DNA from: Octopus bimaculoides
Lineage: Eukaryota
Assembly: GCF_001194135.2 (NCBI RefSeq)
Contig: NC_068986.1
Span: 70,183,467-70,247,466 of the forward strand
DNA length: 64,000 bases
Direction: 5' to 3'
The number at the start of each line of letters is the position of its first letter. Position 1 is the stretch's first letter. The position numbers and the translations under genes were made by a program. Positions 33,820 through 47,399 of this stretch are shown piece after piece. Below the pieces are notes generated by a model. It saw nothing but the letters and a program-made list of their open reading frames with translations. It had not been told where the DNA came from and did not search any database.

Positions 33820-36800
33820 ATCACAAATAATTTGACATAAAAAAATAAAACTAGGTGAGTGTGTACAAATTGAAGATAAGTGGGCAGCAAACACAAATGC
33901 CTTCTACAATAGGAGTGACTTTCAAAAATGCGTTCTTTGTCGCTTAGTAACTTGGTAGGTAAGAATTTATTGTAATTGCTTGTTGGTTTCTTAGGAAATT
34001 TAAGATGTTACAAAGAAAATCTGTTACATTTGTGAACAATTATCAAAAGAATCGCTCATTAAGTATGTCACCAGCATATGTAATGCATTTTAAGAATATC
34101 GTGAAATATGTAAAATATTTGAAATACGATTTGCTTGAGTTTGAAATGTTTCTCTGTTAGTATGTTATGAACTTGAAATACTTAAAAACTTCAGTTTCAT
34201 TGGAAAAACACTGGCTATGCACTTGATAAGTATATTTGCATATTTTGTACTTCATAGGAACGAGTCGATCAAAATATTGTCACCAGTTGCCGTCTATTTG
34301 TAGGAAGAGATTTGAATAAATCTAATGCTAAAACCGACACTGCTAAAGCACCAAAAATTAGAAGCAATTTATCATGGCTGTGTAAAATTGGGAAAGTAGT
34401 ATCTAATCCGCTTTTAATTTTGAACTTTATAGTGATAAATGAAACGTCGGTAGATTTAATTAAAGTAACATATTTATCAATGTTAAAATGAATTCTACAA
34501 TATTAATTATTCGCGTGAAGTAATTGACGTTATAAATTTATCGTTAGTGGTGACGGATAGATTTTTGTGATTTAGATTAGCACTAAGCGGGAATTAAGAT
34601 GACGTCAGCTTGTTTTACTACGTTACGCTTCCGTCTTTTATTCGTTCTATAGCAGTTAGAACGCAACGCAATTGTAATGAGCAATATGAGATTGAAATGT
34701 GTGATAGTTGAGAAGCACGACTGGTTTAACCATAATAAAAATTTTCTAAGGGATTATATAATAACATTTTATATATATGAAATGCACAAATCTTATTTTA
34801 TTACACCCTACAGAGGGGAGACAAGTTCTGAGAGCCTCAAGAAATTAATCAGAAAATATCCTTCAATGGTGGCTTCGTTGAAGCTTCTTGAAAGAATATT
34901 GTCTTTTACTAGCTGAACACGTTGAAACTCCAGGTTTTATACATTTTCTATTTGAATAAATTTGTAAATGAAAACCTTTTCAGTGTTGATTTCGAGTGTT
35001 TTCAATTTTGCTCTTAAACACCAGAGCAAACATTAACACGCAAAATATTTTCGTGGTATGAGAAAACGGTGATTCTTTTTGTTTTCTTTTCTTCTAATAT
35101 TCATTTCCAAATTAGATGTGAAATTTATAGAATGAATTTTTATAGCTCATCACACATTTGTCTTAAATCTAAAACTTATCTGGTCTAACCCTTAAACAGC
35201 GGGAAAGGGTTGCATAACTGTGCCAAATGGGCGATAAACAATAACCCCCTTCTCTTAAAGGTAATTTATATATTTTCACTTTAAAAGAGTACAAAAACTA
35301 TATTTGTCTCGTACAATAAAAATTTATGATCTCGTCGAAAATTTCTGGAAAATATTCATTTTCCTTTGTTAGCAGTATCCAAGTAAATTCGAAACCTCAA
35401 CTGATGCCTGTTGTTTAATAGTTAAAGCACAGGAATTTAACAATTTTAAGTGATCACTGATATAAATTAGTATTTATCTCGGTATATATTGTATTTCATA
35501 TTCTGAAGAACATTTCTAGAGATTTCTTTAATGGTTGTTTGGAAACAATAGTAAATTTGCATACTATCACCCAAAACGAGCAAGTGTTTCCAAGGCAAGT
35601 GACAGCATTTAAACATCCATTACCGCACATTTTTCAAAACTTTCAGAATTTGTAGTCTAAGTATTTAATAATTACTGTAACAAATATATTTACTTCATAT
35701 GTGGCAAAATTAAAAACTAATAGCACAGAAAATATGGGCTGCAAAACGTTTTAAAGATCATAATCTTTTCATTTTCCATCCGAGTTTTAATATTAATGTA
35801 AACGTTACACTGTACTTTAGAGTATTCAAATGTTTGATTTACTAGAGGATTATAGGATTTTTTTTTAAATCCTATAGGGAAAATTTCAACTTCAATATCA
35901 GATCAACAATATCAGTCCAACACTAGCTAAATGTTGCATAGGGTATTGTGAATAAAAGTGAAATTCTGTTCTGTTATATTCCAAAAATATTGCCAACCAG
36001 TATTTTGAGTGCCAATATAATTGGCACCGAGATTAGTGAAGAAATATACTTTACTTGCAGAAATTATAAGTTAGCAAATACTGGCAGAAATTATTGGCAT
36101 GAACAAAATTCCCTGGAGGAATGATTCGTATCTTTAAGGTTGAAAATATACAGAACTAAAGTTGAATAGGTAGTATATTTAATTGGAAAAATAGTTTAAT
36201 TCTTGTAACAACTATTTGTAATGGTTCAAGCATTCTGATTCAATGTTACAAATACTTTCAGTGGCTAATCAGAGGGATTTTTCTCTTGGACGCTGTAACT
36301 GACAGGTTACTCTCTAATCGGATTTAGCCCTAATGCTTGTGACATTGGACTCCGTTAACAGTCAGGTCGTAGTATTAAGCCGGACGAGGAATTAAACATA
36401 CCCACCGTGAATCAGAACGACACCGCTGCAATTTCCATTTACCAAATTTTGCTCGCCAGTGAAACCAGAAGCAATAGATCATTGCTCAAGGCTCTACGCA
36501 ATGTAATCGAACACGAAACCACCTAGTCTCTAAACAAATTTCTTGACCCAAATATTAAGCAAGAATTGATTTAACACAGCGAGCTACTTTTTCAAAACGA
36601 TCGATTAAAAAAAAAACTATTATTTACAAGATTTTACAGTTCGGTAGATGTTAAATATCGCTTATGCTTAATGTATACAATGATTAATCATTGCATTAGG
36701 TTTTCGTGTTAAACTGTTCCATTTGTAATCTTCCGATACACTAATACTTTTTTAATATTGAAAAAGTTTGATATTCTAACGTACCTGTGGTGGAAACCTG

Positions 36801-38624
36801 GTCAGGAGAAAAGATCTGTTGCCAGGAAGTTGATTATAGTAGGAATATAACAGTAGCGAGCACTGTAAAACAAATTTCGTGAAGCCTAGTCGAAACCATA
36901 TCACTTTACATTACCTTCTTAAAAAGTTTGTCCACCCTTCCCCTAAAATATGGACTTTCTATCCAATCGAATTATTGTAGGTACATGAGTGTTGTACTAA
37001 CTTCAAGTTACATCTGTAATTATAAGATATTTTTAATATTGTTTACAGCAAAATTTAGGTGATAATCAGATTAGGGAAAATAGAACTCCCAGAAGATCAA
37101 TAGAAAACCGTTTTTGTATGTTACATCCTTTCCAATGGTTTACTTAATTCATCAGCACCGTGATAGTTTTACTACATCAACATGTTACTGTGTTGGTGTA
37201 ATATAAGTTGTATCTACTTGAAATATTGTTTCTGGAAGTGGTAATGGGTGACGATAAAAATGTAATGTGATAATCACTATCATCTAAACTAACTCGCAAA
37301 GGCTTACAGATTTACACAAGAACTCACGACCAAACAGAGCCTTTACGCAATTGCTCGATCTAGAAATAGCAGCCTAATCTTAAATTAATCCTATCGTCTT
37401 AAAATGGATGATTTTAACTAAAAAGAAATTGCATTGTTATAAGCGGGAGCACGTTTGATTATTGGCTCCTGGATCTTGGTTGACTAGTGATTAAGCAACC
37501 ATTCACTCTCACTGTATACTGATATAGGTTTCATATGCAGTGTCTATACATTATCCAGTTTCATTTCATAACAAAATTGTACTTTTTTTTAATTGACTTA
37601 AGCTGACTTTTGAAGGGTATATTTTCATTTATGTAGCAATTAAAAACGAAATAACTTTTCAGTCATAAGTAAAATTGCTTTGAATATTTTATGTACATGA
37701 TGCAGCACACCACCCAAGACATTTAACGCTAGTTTCTAAAACTTAACTACTCAGCTAAAGATACAGCATGACCCACTACAATATAATGCAGTACATCTTT
37801 CCGAGGAATATTTTCTCTCGCCAATATAATTTCAGGCCCCAGTTTAGAGATGGATTTTCGTCATGATTATCACCTAAACCTGTTTTTTTTTCTTTCGTTT
37901 GTTAATGCAAACACCTATGATCGTGTGTTCTTTTATATGACAAAACTACTTCTTATAGTTATTTGGCGGCATTTCATTGAGTAGCTAAATTAATCTCCCC
38001 TTGTTAAGACAATCTTCAGTTCTTATAGAATGGTGTATAACTGATTTAAAATAGCACAGTGATTCATAACGAATTGATCTTGGAGCAATAAGAAATAAAT
38101 CCTACCACAGTAGCATCAGAACTCATAACTTGGAAGGCCGACAGTAAAAATTGTACAGCATTTTGTCTAGTGCTATTATCTGTATGAATTTCTAAATAAT
38201 ACTAAGGTACAAACTCAAGTATTCATGGATTGTCAACGAAAGAATTAGCTATATCAAAGCGTGCTTCAATGAAATAGTTTATATCTAGCTGCAAATGTGA
38301 TGGTTTATTGAAAAATGAATCAAGTTAATTTTTGTCTGAATTTAAATATCAAATTATTATTAATGTGCGAAAGTATTGCAAGTATATGGATTTATTTTCT
38401 AAAACACGCATATTTTTCAGTATGAAATTTATACTAAAATGTGTTTCTTGTTCAAAAGTGCTACATATTTGAATGTTCAACAGTAAATCTATAGTTGTTT
38501 TAAGTTATTTTAACCTTTTAAAGTGGAAAACAGCTGCATGACAGAAATTAAAGGAACTTGTATTTCTTACAAATATTAAAATTGCCTTATTTGAAATGAA
38601 TATAGGTTTCAAATTTTTATGCAA

Positions 38625-38780
38625 GGCCAGCAATTTGAGGGCAAAAGTAAGTCAATTACATCGACCCCAGTGCTCGAAAGGTAAAGTTGACCTCAGTGGA
38701 ATTTGAACTCAGAACCTAACGACGAACGAAATTCTAAGCATTTTGCTCGACAGGCTAATGATTCTACCAGCTCGTTGCCC
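38625..38780 (-). mobile_element. SINE family B fragment
   Basis: tcgaccccagtgctcgaaaggtaaagttgacctcagtggaatttgaactcag...ctaagcatttt...gattctaccagctcg. Confidence 0.8.
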
Positions 38781-39449
38781 TTTTTAAAATGGGTATTAAT
38801 ATATGATAATCTTCCTCTGAGGATTTATTGTTTCATTACAACGCAAATACGCTCATGTATATTTAAATTTCACAGCACCAGACGTCTCAACATTTCATAT
38901 ATCTGTTTTTTTACGATGCTATCGCTCTAAACAAATCCGGAAAAAAACTTTTAGCTCACTATGCAATTGCAGTTATGCCATGAAACTAAATCAGCAACAG
39001 TCACCTTTGTATGCTTCCGGCTCATTAGGGTAATCAGGTGTCGTTGTTCCATCAGTAAAAACAAAACTAGAAATATCTCAGATTAAATCATTAACTGTCG
39101 TAACTCCAAAGACGATGCGATTTCATTGAAACTGTAGAGATAAATATTCAGGCTCGTAGTAGTTTCTTTCTACACCTTATGAATCGTTACACTTGGCGTT
39201 GCATAGCATTTCTTTCAGGTGAGTAACAGAAACAATAGTAGTATGTTGTGGTTGATTGGTTATACAAAATACACTTCAATCGTAGATTTCAGCATCTGCT
39301 GGAAAGATAATATTTCAATCTTTCTCGTGGACAAATAACATTTCACGTAACTGTCAACCTATTTTCACACATAAGCAGGGTTGTGTGTGCAAGTGCATGT
39401 AAATATGCAGGCGTAAGCTATACGCACCTGAATTAAAATTCAAATTAGT

Positions 39450-39568
39450 CCAATACATCTAGTACTTATTCTATCGAATCCATTTACATGAACTGCTATA
39501 TGCGATGGCGTAAACATACCTACACAAGTTGTCAAGCGGTGGGGAGACAAACATTCTATTCCTCCGTC

Positions 39569-39572
<4 letters not shown>
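39450..39572 (-). mobile_element. SINE family A 3' fragment
   Basis: ctagtacttattctatcga...gttgtcaagcggtggggagacaaaca followed by (TA)n. Confidence 0.7.
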
Positions 39573-39615
<43 letters not shown>

Positions 39616-41059
39616 NNNNNNNNNNNNNNNNNNNNNNNNNNNNNNNNNNNNNNNNNNNNNNNNNNNNNNNNNNNNNNNNNNNNNNNNNNNNNNNNNNNNN
39701 NNNNNNNNNNNNNNNNNNNNNNNNNNNNNNNNNNNNNNNNNNNNNNNNNNNNNNNNNNNNNNNNNNNNNNNNNNNNNNNNNNNNNNNNNNNNNNNNNNNN
39801 NNNNNNNNNNNNNNNNNNNNNNNNNNNNNNNNNNNNNNNNNNNNNNNNNNNNNNNNNNNNNNNNNNNNNNNNNNNNNNNNNNNNNNNNNNNNNNNNNNNN
39901 NNNNNNNNNNNNNNNNNNNNNNNNNNNNNNNNNNNNNNNNNNNNNNNNNNNNNNNNNNNNNNNNNNNNNNNNNNNNNNNNNNNNNNNNNNNNNNNNNNNN
40001 ATATATATATATATATACGCATACAATGCACATGGCCGATTTCCACACAATTTCCTTTACCAAATTTATTTACAAAGCATAGGTCAGTGATAGGTACTTC
40101 CCCAAGATACCGCGCAGCGAGACTTAACCCGAAACTACGTTATTGAATTTTGTAACCACGCAATAACTACATTAAATATTGCAGCTGACCATTTTTTATA
40201 TTTTTTATTCATATGTTGGGGATGGGGGCTGAAATATTAAAGTGATAATTTCTTCCTTCCTGCCATGATATCACATAACCAGTTGGTGAGAGGCCTAATT
40301 CAACATTAAATATATAACCAGCTTCTCTCTCACTCAGTCATTGCCATTTGCAGCATCTTAAGGATCCATCCACTTTTAACAGAATTTCTGCTGATAACAG
40401 AGCAACTATGCTACTCCTAGATGCTACTTAACGCACTTAGCGAATGCGAACATGTTCTTGAGATTGCGGTGGAATTTTTATTATTAGTGTCTTCTGTACA
40501 GCATTTTATACAGATTTAAAAATTGTTTAGCGCTAGTTCGATTTCGCAGTGTTTTTTTTTTTGTTGGTTTTTTTTTTAAATTCGGATACATTTTAGTTCA
40601 AAACGTAATACATATTTACATATATGTGTGTGCAAGCAAATGTGTAGAGTATTCGGGAGCAGTTCTTGCATTTCTGTGCAAGGTACATTATACTAATTTG
40701 TATGGCAGGGAATTACTGCATGTTTATTTATATTAACGTAACATCTTAACCATTAAATAGTAATATATCTACTTAACGCTAGAACTCTAGATACAATTCA
40801 TTATACTCATTCGGTAACATACCGTAATAACATTTCTGAGCTTCACGCTTCTTGGTTTCAACGAGGGAGAGAGCGCAACTGTTATTCCATACACATTTCA
40901 TTAATGCCGTTCTAGTTTACGCTGACATTATGCCCCTTAGCCAGGACAATACACGCAATAACAAATCACAGCACAAAATATTTTCTTATTTTCGGTTTCT
41001 ATTTTCACTATATATATATACTCTGACATCGAGCTTCTTTTCCAGTTATTTGATTTGTT

Positions 41060-42000
41060 CTTAGTTCACTCTTTTCTTCCGTCCTTTCCACGACTGTCTA
41101 TTGGATGCTATGGCTATAATAACTGTACCATTCCTCCAGTCTATCTAGAACCTTGTTACATTCATTGAGCGTATTTGTAGCTAATAGCAGGTTGCATTTT
41201 TTTTTTTGTCATAGTTTTGTAATTCTGGTCGTAGATGGTACTTAGTACTTCTTTGAACTTAGGTATGGTAGAAGTATCTTTTGCCTCTGAGTACGACCAA
41301 CTCTTATTCTAAAGTCACTAAATATAAATCTGTTGACAGACAGATTCTTCTCCAAATGAAAGAGGCTGAAAGAATAAACAGCTTTTGAATCACAACCACT
41401 TTTCCCGAGTGATTAGGTGGCTGGCCAGCTTTCTAAAATTTGTGTCGCAAATTTTGTCATTTATATGGTACATTCCTTGTACAATGGTTATAGATTCCAC
41501 ATACAACCAAATTACCATTCTGATGTTTGCCAACAGGCTCATTGAAAGTCCCAGTCGTAATAACAAGGTTACTACCGACTGTTATCACGACAGTATGTGG
41601 AAATACTTCATAGAAACGTCACATTACTTATCTGACGGTCTTGACTGCGGTGCAGAAGTAGAAATCAATGTTGGCCTCTCACATACTTTGAATACTTCCA
41701 TCACTGTCAAATTCCATGCAAACAATATGCCTTCACTAGCACAGTTGAGAGAAATACCTGCGACCGTATTTGTCTCCCCCAAACTGGACCTGTTTGTCAT
41801 AAATAGAAGCACTTGTTTAGGTCCACCACTGACTATTCACAATTACAATCTGTTGAACCATTTTACTCTTTTTTAATATGGTCTTTAGAAGCAAATCCAG
41901 ATTAACTAGGCACAAGAAATATAATATAAATCTGCTGCAACTAAATCAAGCGTTTCATATCCTCTTTGTGCAAAACTTTGTAAATCTTTTACCAGATTAA
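41060..42000 (-). mobile_element. RTE-clade LINE, decayed apurinic endonuclease region
   Basis: Minus strand LVITTGTFNEPVGKH...VCG.Y....RN...KF*K...H.SG resembles the RTE endonuclease GDFNGHVG...GG.G.G.RN...F.K...HL.TY.SG, with many stops. Confidence 0.6.
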
Positions 42001-42373
42001 AGAGTAATTTCTGGTCACATAATATATAGATTATCTCTAATTGTAGTAATTTTCTAAATATTTTACTCACATTTTCTGATGGTTCTGGATCAAATTTGTA
42101 TGTAACTGTGGCATATTTATTAGCTTCAATAGGTTACTAATGTTTTTATTTATTTACTTTAATTATTTTTCCTTATTTAAACATTTTATTCTATTTGTAT
42201 ATAACAATAATCAAATTGTAAATTTCATTAAAGTCACTAAATTATACTGTATTTATGTCTTTTTGTATATTACTTGTGTGACTGTGTAGTTCGTTTTAAC
42301 TGGTGTTCATGAATATGTACTCTGTTAGTGTTGAGAAAATCATATTCGATTAACAAGTCGTCAGCCATTACTT

Positions 42374-42438
<65 letters not shown>

Positions 42439-42587
42439 NNNNNNNNNNNNNNNNNNNNNNNNNNNNNNNNNNNNNNNNNNNNNNNNNNNNNNNNNNNNNN
42501 NNNNNNNNNNNNNNNNNNNNNNNNNNNNNNNNNNNNNNNNNNNNNNNNNNNNNNNNNNNNNNNNNNNNNNNNNNNNNNNNNNNNNNN

Positions 42588-42622
<35 letters not shown>

Positions 42623-42649
42623 AACACACAAACACACACACACATACAC

Positions 42650-42800
42650 CAGCAACTGTCTTAGCTAGCATGCCCTATTCCATTTTCTATACAGCTAGAC
42701 ACCACCAACATCCTGTCCAACCACGCAGTCCTGGGATTTTCATCTGCTGTCGCTACATCCTCAACAACTCCATGTGACCTGCATTGACTTATAATAGTCC
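42650..42800 (-). mobile_element. Possible RTE LINE 3' fragment
   Basis: Minus strand cagatgaaaatcccaggactgcgtggttggacaggatg resembles the RTE C-terminal RGRP...WLD.I region. Confidence 0.35.
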
Positions 42801-45800
42801 AATCTCCAGTAACCAACTTGAACTTCCGCCATTCGTTTACTTAAGCCTGACGAGCCAAGGTCGTTTTACGAGTCCACAAAACTTTAAATTGCATGGAGCC
42901 GAATCAAGCTGTTATTAAATAATACATATAACTTTACCAAATATATTGTGTCACTTTCTTTCCGTTTTCCACTCACTCGTGTGGGGGGGGGGGGTATGTG
43001 TGTGCATTTTCACAGACNNNNNNNNNNGGGGGGGGGGGGTATGTGTGTGCATTTTCACAGACGCTTTCAAAAATGATATCCCATGATCATGGTCTGATTG
43101 CTTCATACTACTAGCACATAACTTTCTCTTTTTCAACAAGACTAAACTTGAGATTCTCTATCTAAGCAGCTAGATATCTTCTTATGTTACCCAATGCTCA
43201 ATGAAATACGTAAATAAAATACAATATTTTCCACCGAAGGAAGAATGCAGTACATATGACATTTACAAAGATTTAGAAATTGTTCGTTAGGCAACTTTAA
43301 ACAAGGAATTGACTAATAAAACACTTTGTCTCTACATTTTTTCCAAGAATCCAACGAACTATAAATATGAAAATGTTGACATTTAAAACATGCAAAGGGA
43401 AATAGATACAGTCTTTCGTTTTATCATCTTATGCTTAATATTTGCTTTTACTTTTGATTTTTTTATGAAACAGCTAATAAGCTTATTTTATGTAGGATTA
43501 ATATTGCTGAGTGCATATATAATACCGACTGCTTTAAAGGGCTTTATCTGTTTATCTGTAGTTTATAAAACATGTGGTTTCTGAGTTAAATATTTCAGTG
43601 ACCACAAGGATAATAGCAAAGAGAAAATGGCGTCTTGGTTGTATTCCAATATTAGAGGTGCAAAATTCTTAATGCTATCTAATGAATAGTGAAGTATAAA
43701 ATGGTCCGGGTCTTCAGCGAGTTAAACTAAGGCGAGAAGAGTATCATGCTTTTTGTATCACAGCAACATGGCTTTAGTAAGATTCATACTAATAACCTAG
43801 AGGTTTATAGTTCATTTCTTTAGCATGGTGTCGCTAATATGCATCTGTAATATAAGTTCAACAATTTTTATTGATAATTATTCTATATTACTGAATAAAA
43901 TCAAACGTTAAATGTTTGCATTTTCTACCTGTTGTCATATTTTTACTTCAACAATATAAAGATTCACTATGAACATCAAGAAAATACTATTGTGCCCCAC
44001 TCCCATTATCATCGCGAAATACGAACAGAACAAAACTAAAAATCTAATCCCTGAAAATGCTAGTCCTCATCATTTTCCAGAATCTTCTCCTGGCAAATTC
44101 CCATCGTCAACACAGTAAAATTATATGAAAGTTTTCCTTCCTCTCTCAGAACAGAAAATTCTTCAGCACCCTTTCCCTTCCGGATATTATAAATGCTGGG
44201 TAAACGACTGCTAGTTAACTGTAATAAATGACATTCTCAGTGTATTATAGAGGGTAATGTTAACAAAGCTTCAAATAGACCACATATTTTTAATTTGTGG
44301 ACTTTGTGTGAAAAATGTGGATAACAATACAGGAAATTATTTAATTATCGTAAAAAGAATACATTACGGGAATATGTGTAAACATCTCTTTGATGATATA
44401 GTTAAAAACTACAATTTTTTAAAAATAGCTTTTACAACTCATACAAGGTGAGCAATAACACATGCTATATCAAAACCATATATATTTGATTTCTTATTCT
44501 GAGTAAATAAAACATTCTTCAACTATAAAGAAATCTGCCTCTTAAAGTAAGGTAGCTTTCATTTAATTAGAGCTGACTAACTTTAAAAGTTCCAGATTAA
44601 GACGATAGCATTGGGTTCACAGATATTCCGGTAGCATAACTGGGCAGACGGGTGGACCAGACTCGGCCGAGCATGAGTCGTCACTGCCAGTATGTGCTAA
44701 AGACTAAAGGAGACCAGACCAACAGTAAATCGGGTTGAAAAGGAACTTGAGACCTACCGACACTGAGCAATGAGAATGCTCAGGATTAGACCGTGCCACA
44801 GATAGTTTAACGAATTTCTAATTTTCCCCCTTGTCAATTTTATCCCTAATAGTACAGCAAAATGTTGGGACTAGCTAAAACTGATAATCTCAAAAAAAGA
44901 AAAATAGTGTTCATCTAAAAATTTAAGCGAATGAATAGTTTTCATTCGAAAACAATCAATTTCTAATGTGCATTTTATTTCCCGATGCCAAGCAAGCAAA
45001 ATAAAACAGTCGTTCCAAATTAACAATAGGAAAGGAAAAGCCTGTTAAGAGAAAACAAAAATGTTCAAAAAAAAAAAACATTGATTTATTAGAAAAACGC
45101 TGAAGTTCGGCCAGATTCTTAGTCAAAAGGTTTGCAATTAGATAAGGAATCAAATTATATGACTTGATCTATCTTGCTACAAGTCATGTGGCAATGTAAT
45201 ATCGATAACAACGGCTCAGATTTTATGAAGATGTTCTTTGAATGTCAGCCTTCAGATGATGATACATCATATTTATCTTGCCATAGATGAAATTATATGA
45301 CTGGTTACAGAATAGCAGATTGGTTTTAATGTGAGAATAACATATATTTTATAGATTTCTTGAAGGAGCATGGCTCTGAAAATACTTTCCTGGATCTGAG
45401 AAATTTACAAAAGTAGTATATGTTCTCTGTGGTATCAATGGGTCTGTCGGTTTGGAATTTTTCGTCTTAAATTTTTAAATTTCAAGTTGTAAATTATTCT
45501 CTACACAATTATTTATAACTTAAAATAATGTATTCCCGGTCATAAAAAACAACGAGAAAAAATCATATGTTTTATGTACTTGATCGTTCCCTTTTTCCTT
45601 TTCTATTTATTTATTTGTTTATTTTTCCATTTTAGATTTATGCAGGCATTGATATTGTTTCCTGAAGTAACAGCACATTTCTAATACAAGTGTTTGCGTT
45701 TATGTGGACTTTATTTTATTATGTCAAATAAATGCTGCGTAGTTTACTTACCAGCTATGTTTATTGAGTAATAAATGTCATCTATATACGTTTATTTATA

Positions 45801-46689
45801 GTTCTGGCAACTTTATTTTCTACATGCATCTGGTTAAAAGCTTTCATCGCTAAACTCATTGTTGGCATCCTCTAAGTTATCCAGTTGCCAAATATTGTTG
45901 AAAGTTACAATAAATTAAAGCAAATAGCTTAGAAAAGGGAACGTTTTACAAAATCAAACCAAGTTTTGTAGCGATAAACGGCATTTAGTTAATGAAAAGT
46001 AACTTGACTAAAGGAATGATCAATCAAACGACAAATTTATTTGGGAGTTCCTGTAATCAAATCATTACACAAGATCGAGAATAAAGTTATTTCAATAGTT
46101 AATACATTCAGAAGTACTATGACAATTTCTCATAAAAACTAAATAGCAATTACAAAACGAAGATTTCAGTCAGATTTTAAGAAAAGCCTCGTGTTCGTTT
46201 ATCCTCATGTTCCTCCTGGAACATATTCTGTGTTGTGCAAATCAAAATATACAGCAGTAATATTTGAGTAGTAAATATTTATGTGAATAATTACAACTAT
46301 TTTTCTAATTGTTTTCAAGGAGATATATAACAAGTTATTCATAAAGAAAAGAAAAATGAACTAGAGAAACGTGTGTGTGTGTGTGTGTGGACATAAACAC
46401 AGACGTTAAGGTATGCATGTATTAATGAGCAACAATATATATGGCCGAATGAAATGCAGACAGGATATACTAGCCCTGAGGGATTGTAATCCCTGAATTA
46501 AAATCAGTCCACGACCTGAGCATTGACATAAATAATGATGCATCTTCCCAGGTGAATATTGCTTGATTGGCAATAAAATGAAGGTGGCTGGCCGGATTGA
46601 AACTTACAACAGTAAACCATGATGGCTCCTCGAGGACATTTGTTCTCAACCGTTTAGACAGCTACTCCCAACTATAGTCACTACACAGT

Positions 46690-47240
46690 GTAAAATAAAC
46701 AGCGGAACTCGAAGTAATCCAGCGAAGCGACACAAAGAAGATCGTCTCAATGCGACATGTCAGATACTGGGAGAGACTGAAAAAGTTAAGACTGTACTTC
46801 CTACAATGAAGACGGGAAAGATATGCAGTGGAATACATCTGGAAAATCCTGGAAGGGCTTGTACCAAACTTTGGCATTGAAAATTATACAAACAGCAGAA
46901 TGAGGCACCACTGCAATTAGCCAAAGATACAAACATTGCCATCAGGATACAGGGCAAGATACTGCAACAGCCTCAGTTTCAAAGACCAACAGCTCTTCAA
47001 TACCATCTCAAAAAGTCCGAGAGCGCAACATGGGGTGGCTGTAGGTGTCTTCAAAACAGAACTGGAACTCCTCCAAGCCGGAGTTCCGGATGAACCTACC
47101 TCGCGGCAGAAAACACAGATGAAGGCAAAAACATCAAACTCTCACATGCACCAAATGTCACACAAATAGTGAAATTGTAGCAAAGCTAACAGTGATTCCC
47201 TATCATGGCCGTAGTTCTCTAGCCGAAACTAGTAACAGAA
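46690..47240 (+). mobile_element. CR1-group LINE 3' end
   Basis: ELEVIQRS.TKKI...YWERLKKLRLY.LQ*RRERYA..YIWKILEGLVPNFGI, then YCNSLSFK.QQLFN. 3' tail catggcc...gccgaaactagtaa. Confidence 0.88.
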
Positions 47241-47399
47241 AATATATATATGTATGTATATAATATATACATACGCGTACGCACACACAGACACACATGT
47301 ACATGCACACACATATACACACACACAAACAAACAAATGTATACATTGAATGATTATAAAGTCATTGTTTATTAAAATACATTTCATTTTCAAAATTTG

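Noticed and set aside
34677-34916. 79-aa ORF after the CpG/CRE island
   Set aside because: No homology recognised, and composition resembles the AT-rich background.
41385-41876. 163-aa plus-strand ORF
   Set aside because: No recognisable domain. It is the antisense shadow of a decayed RTE endonuclease on the minus strand.
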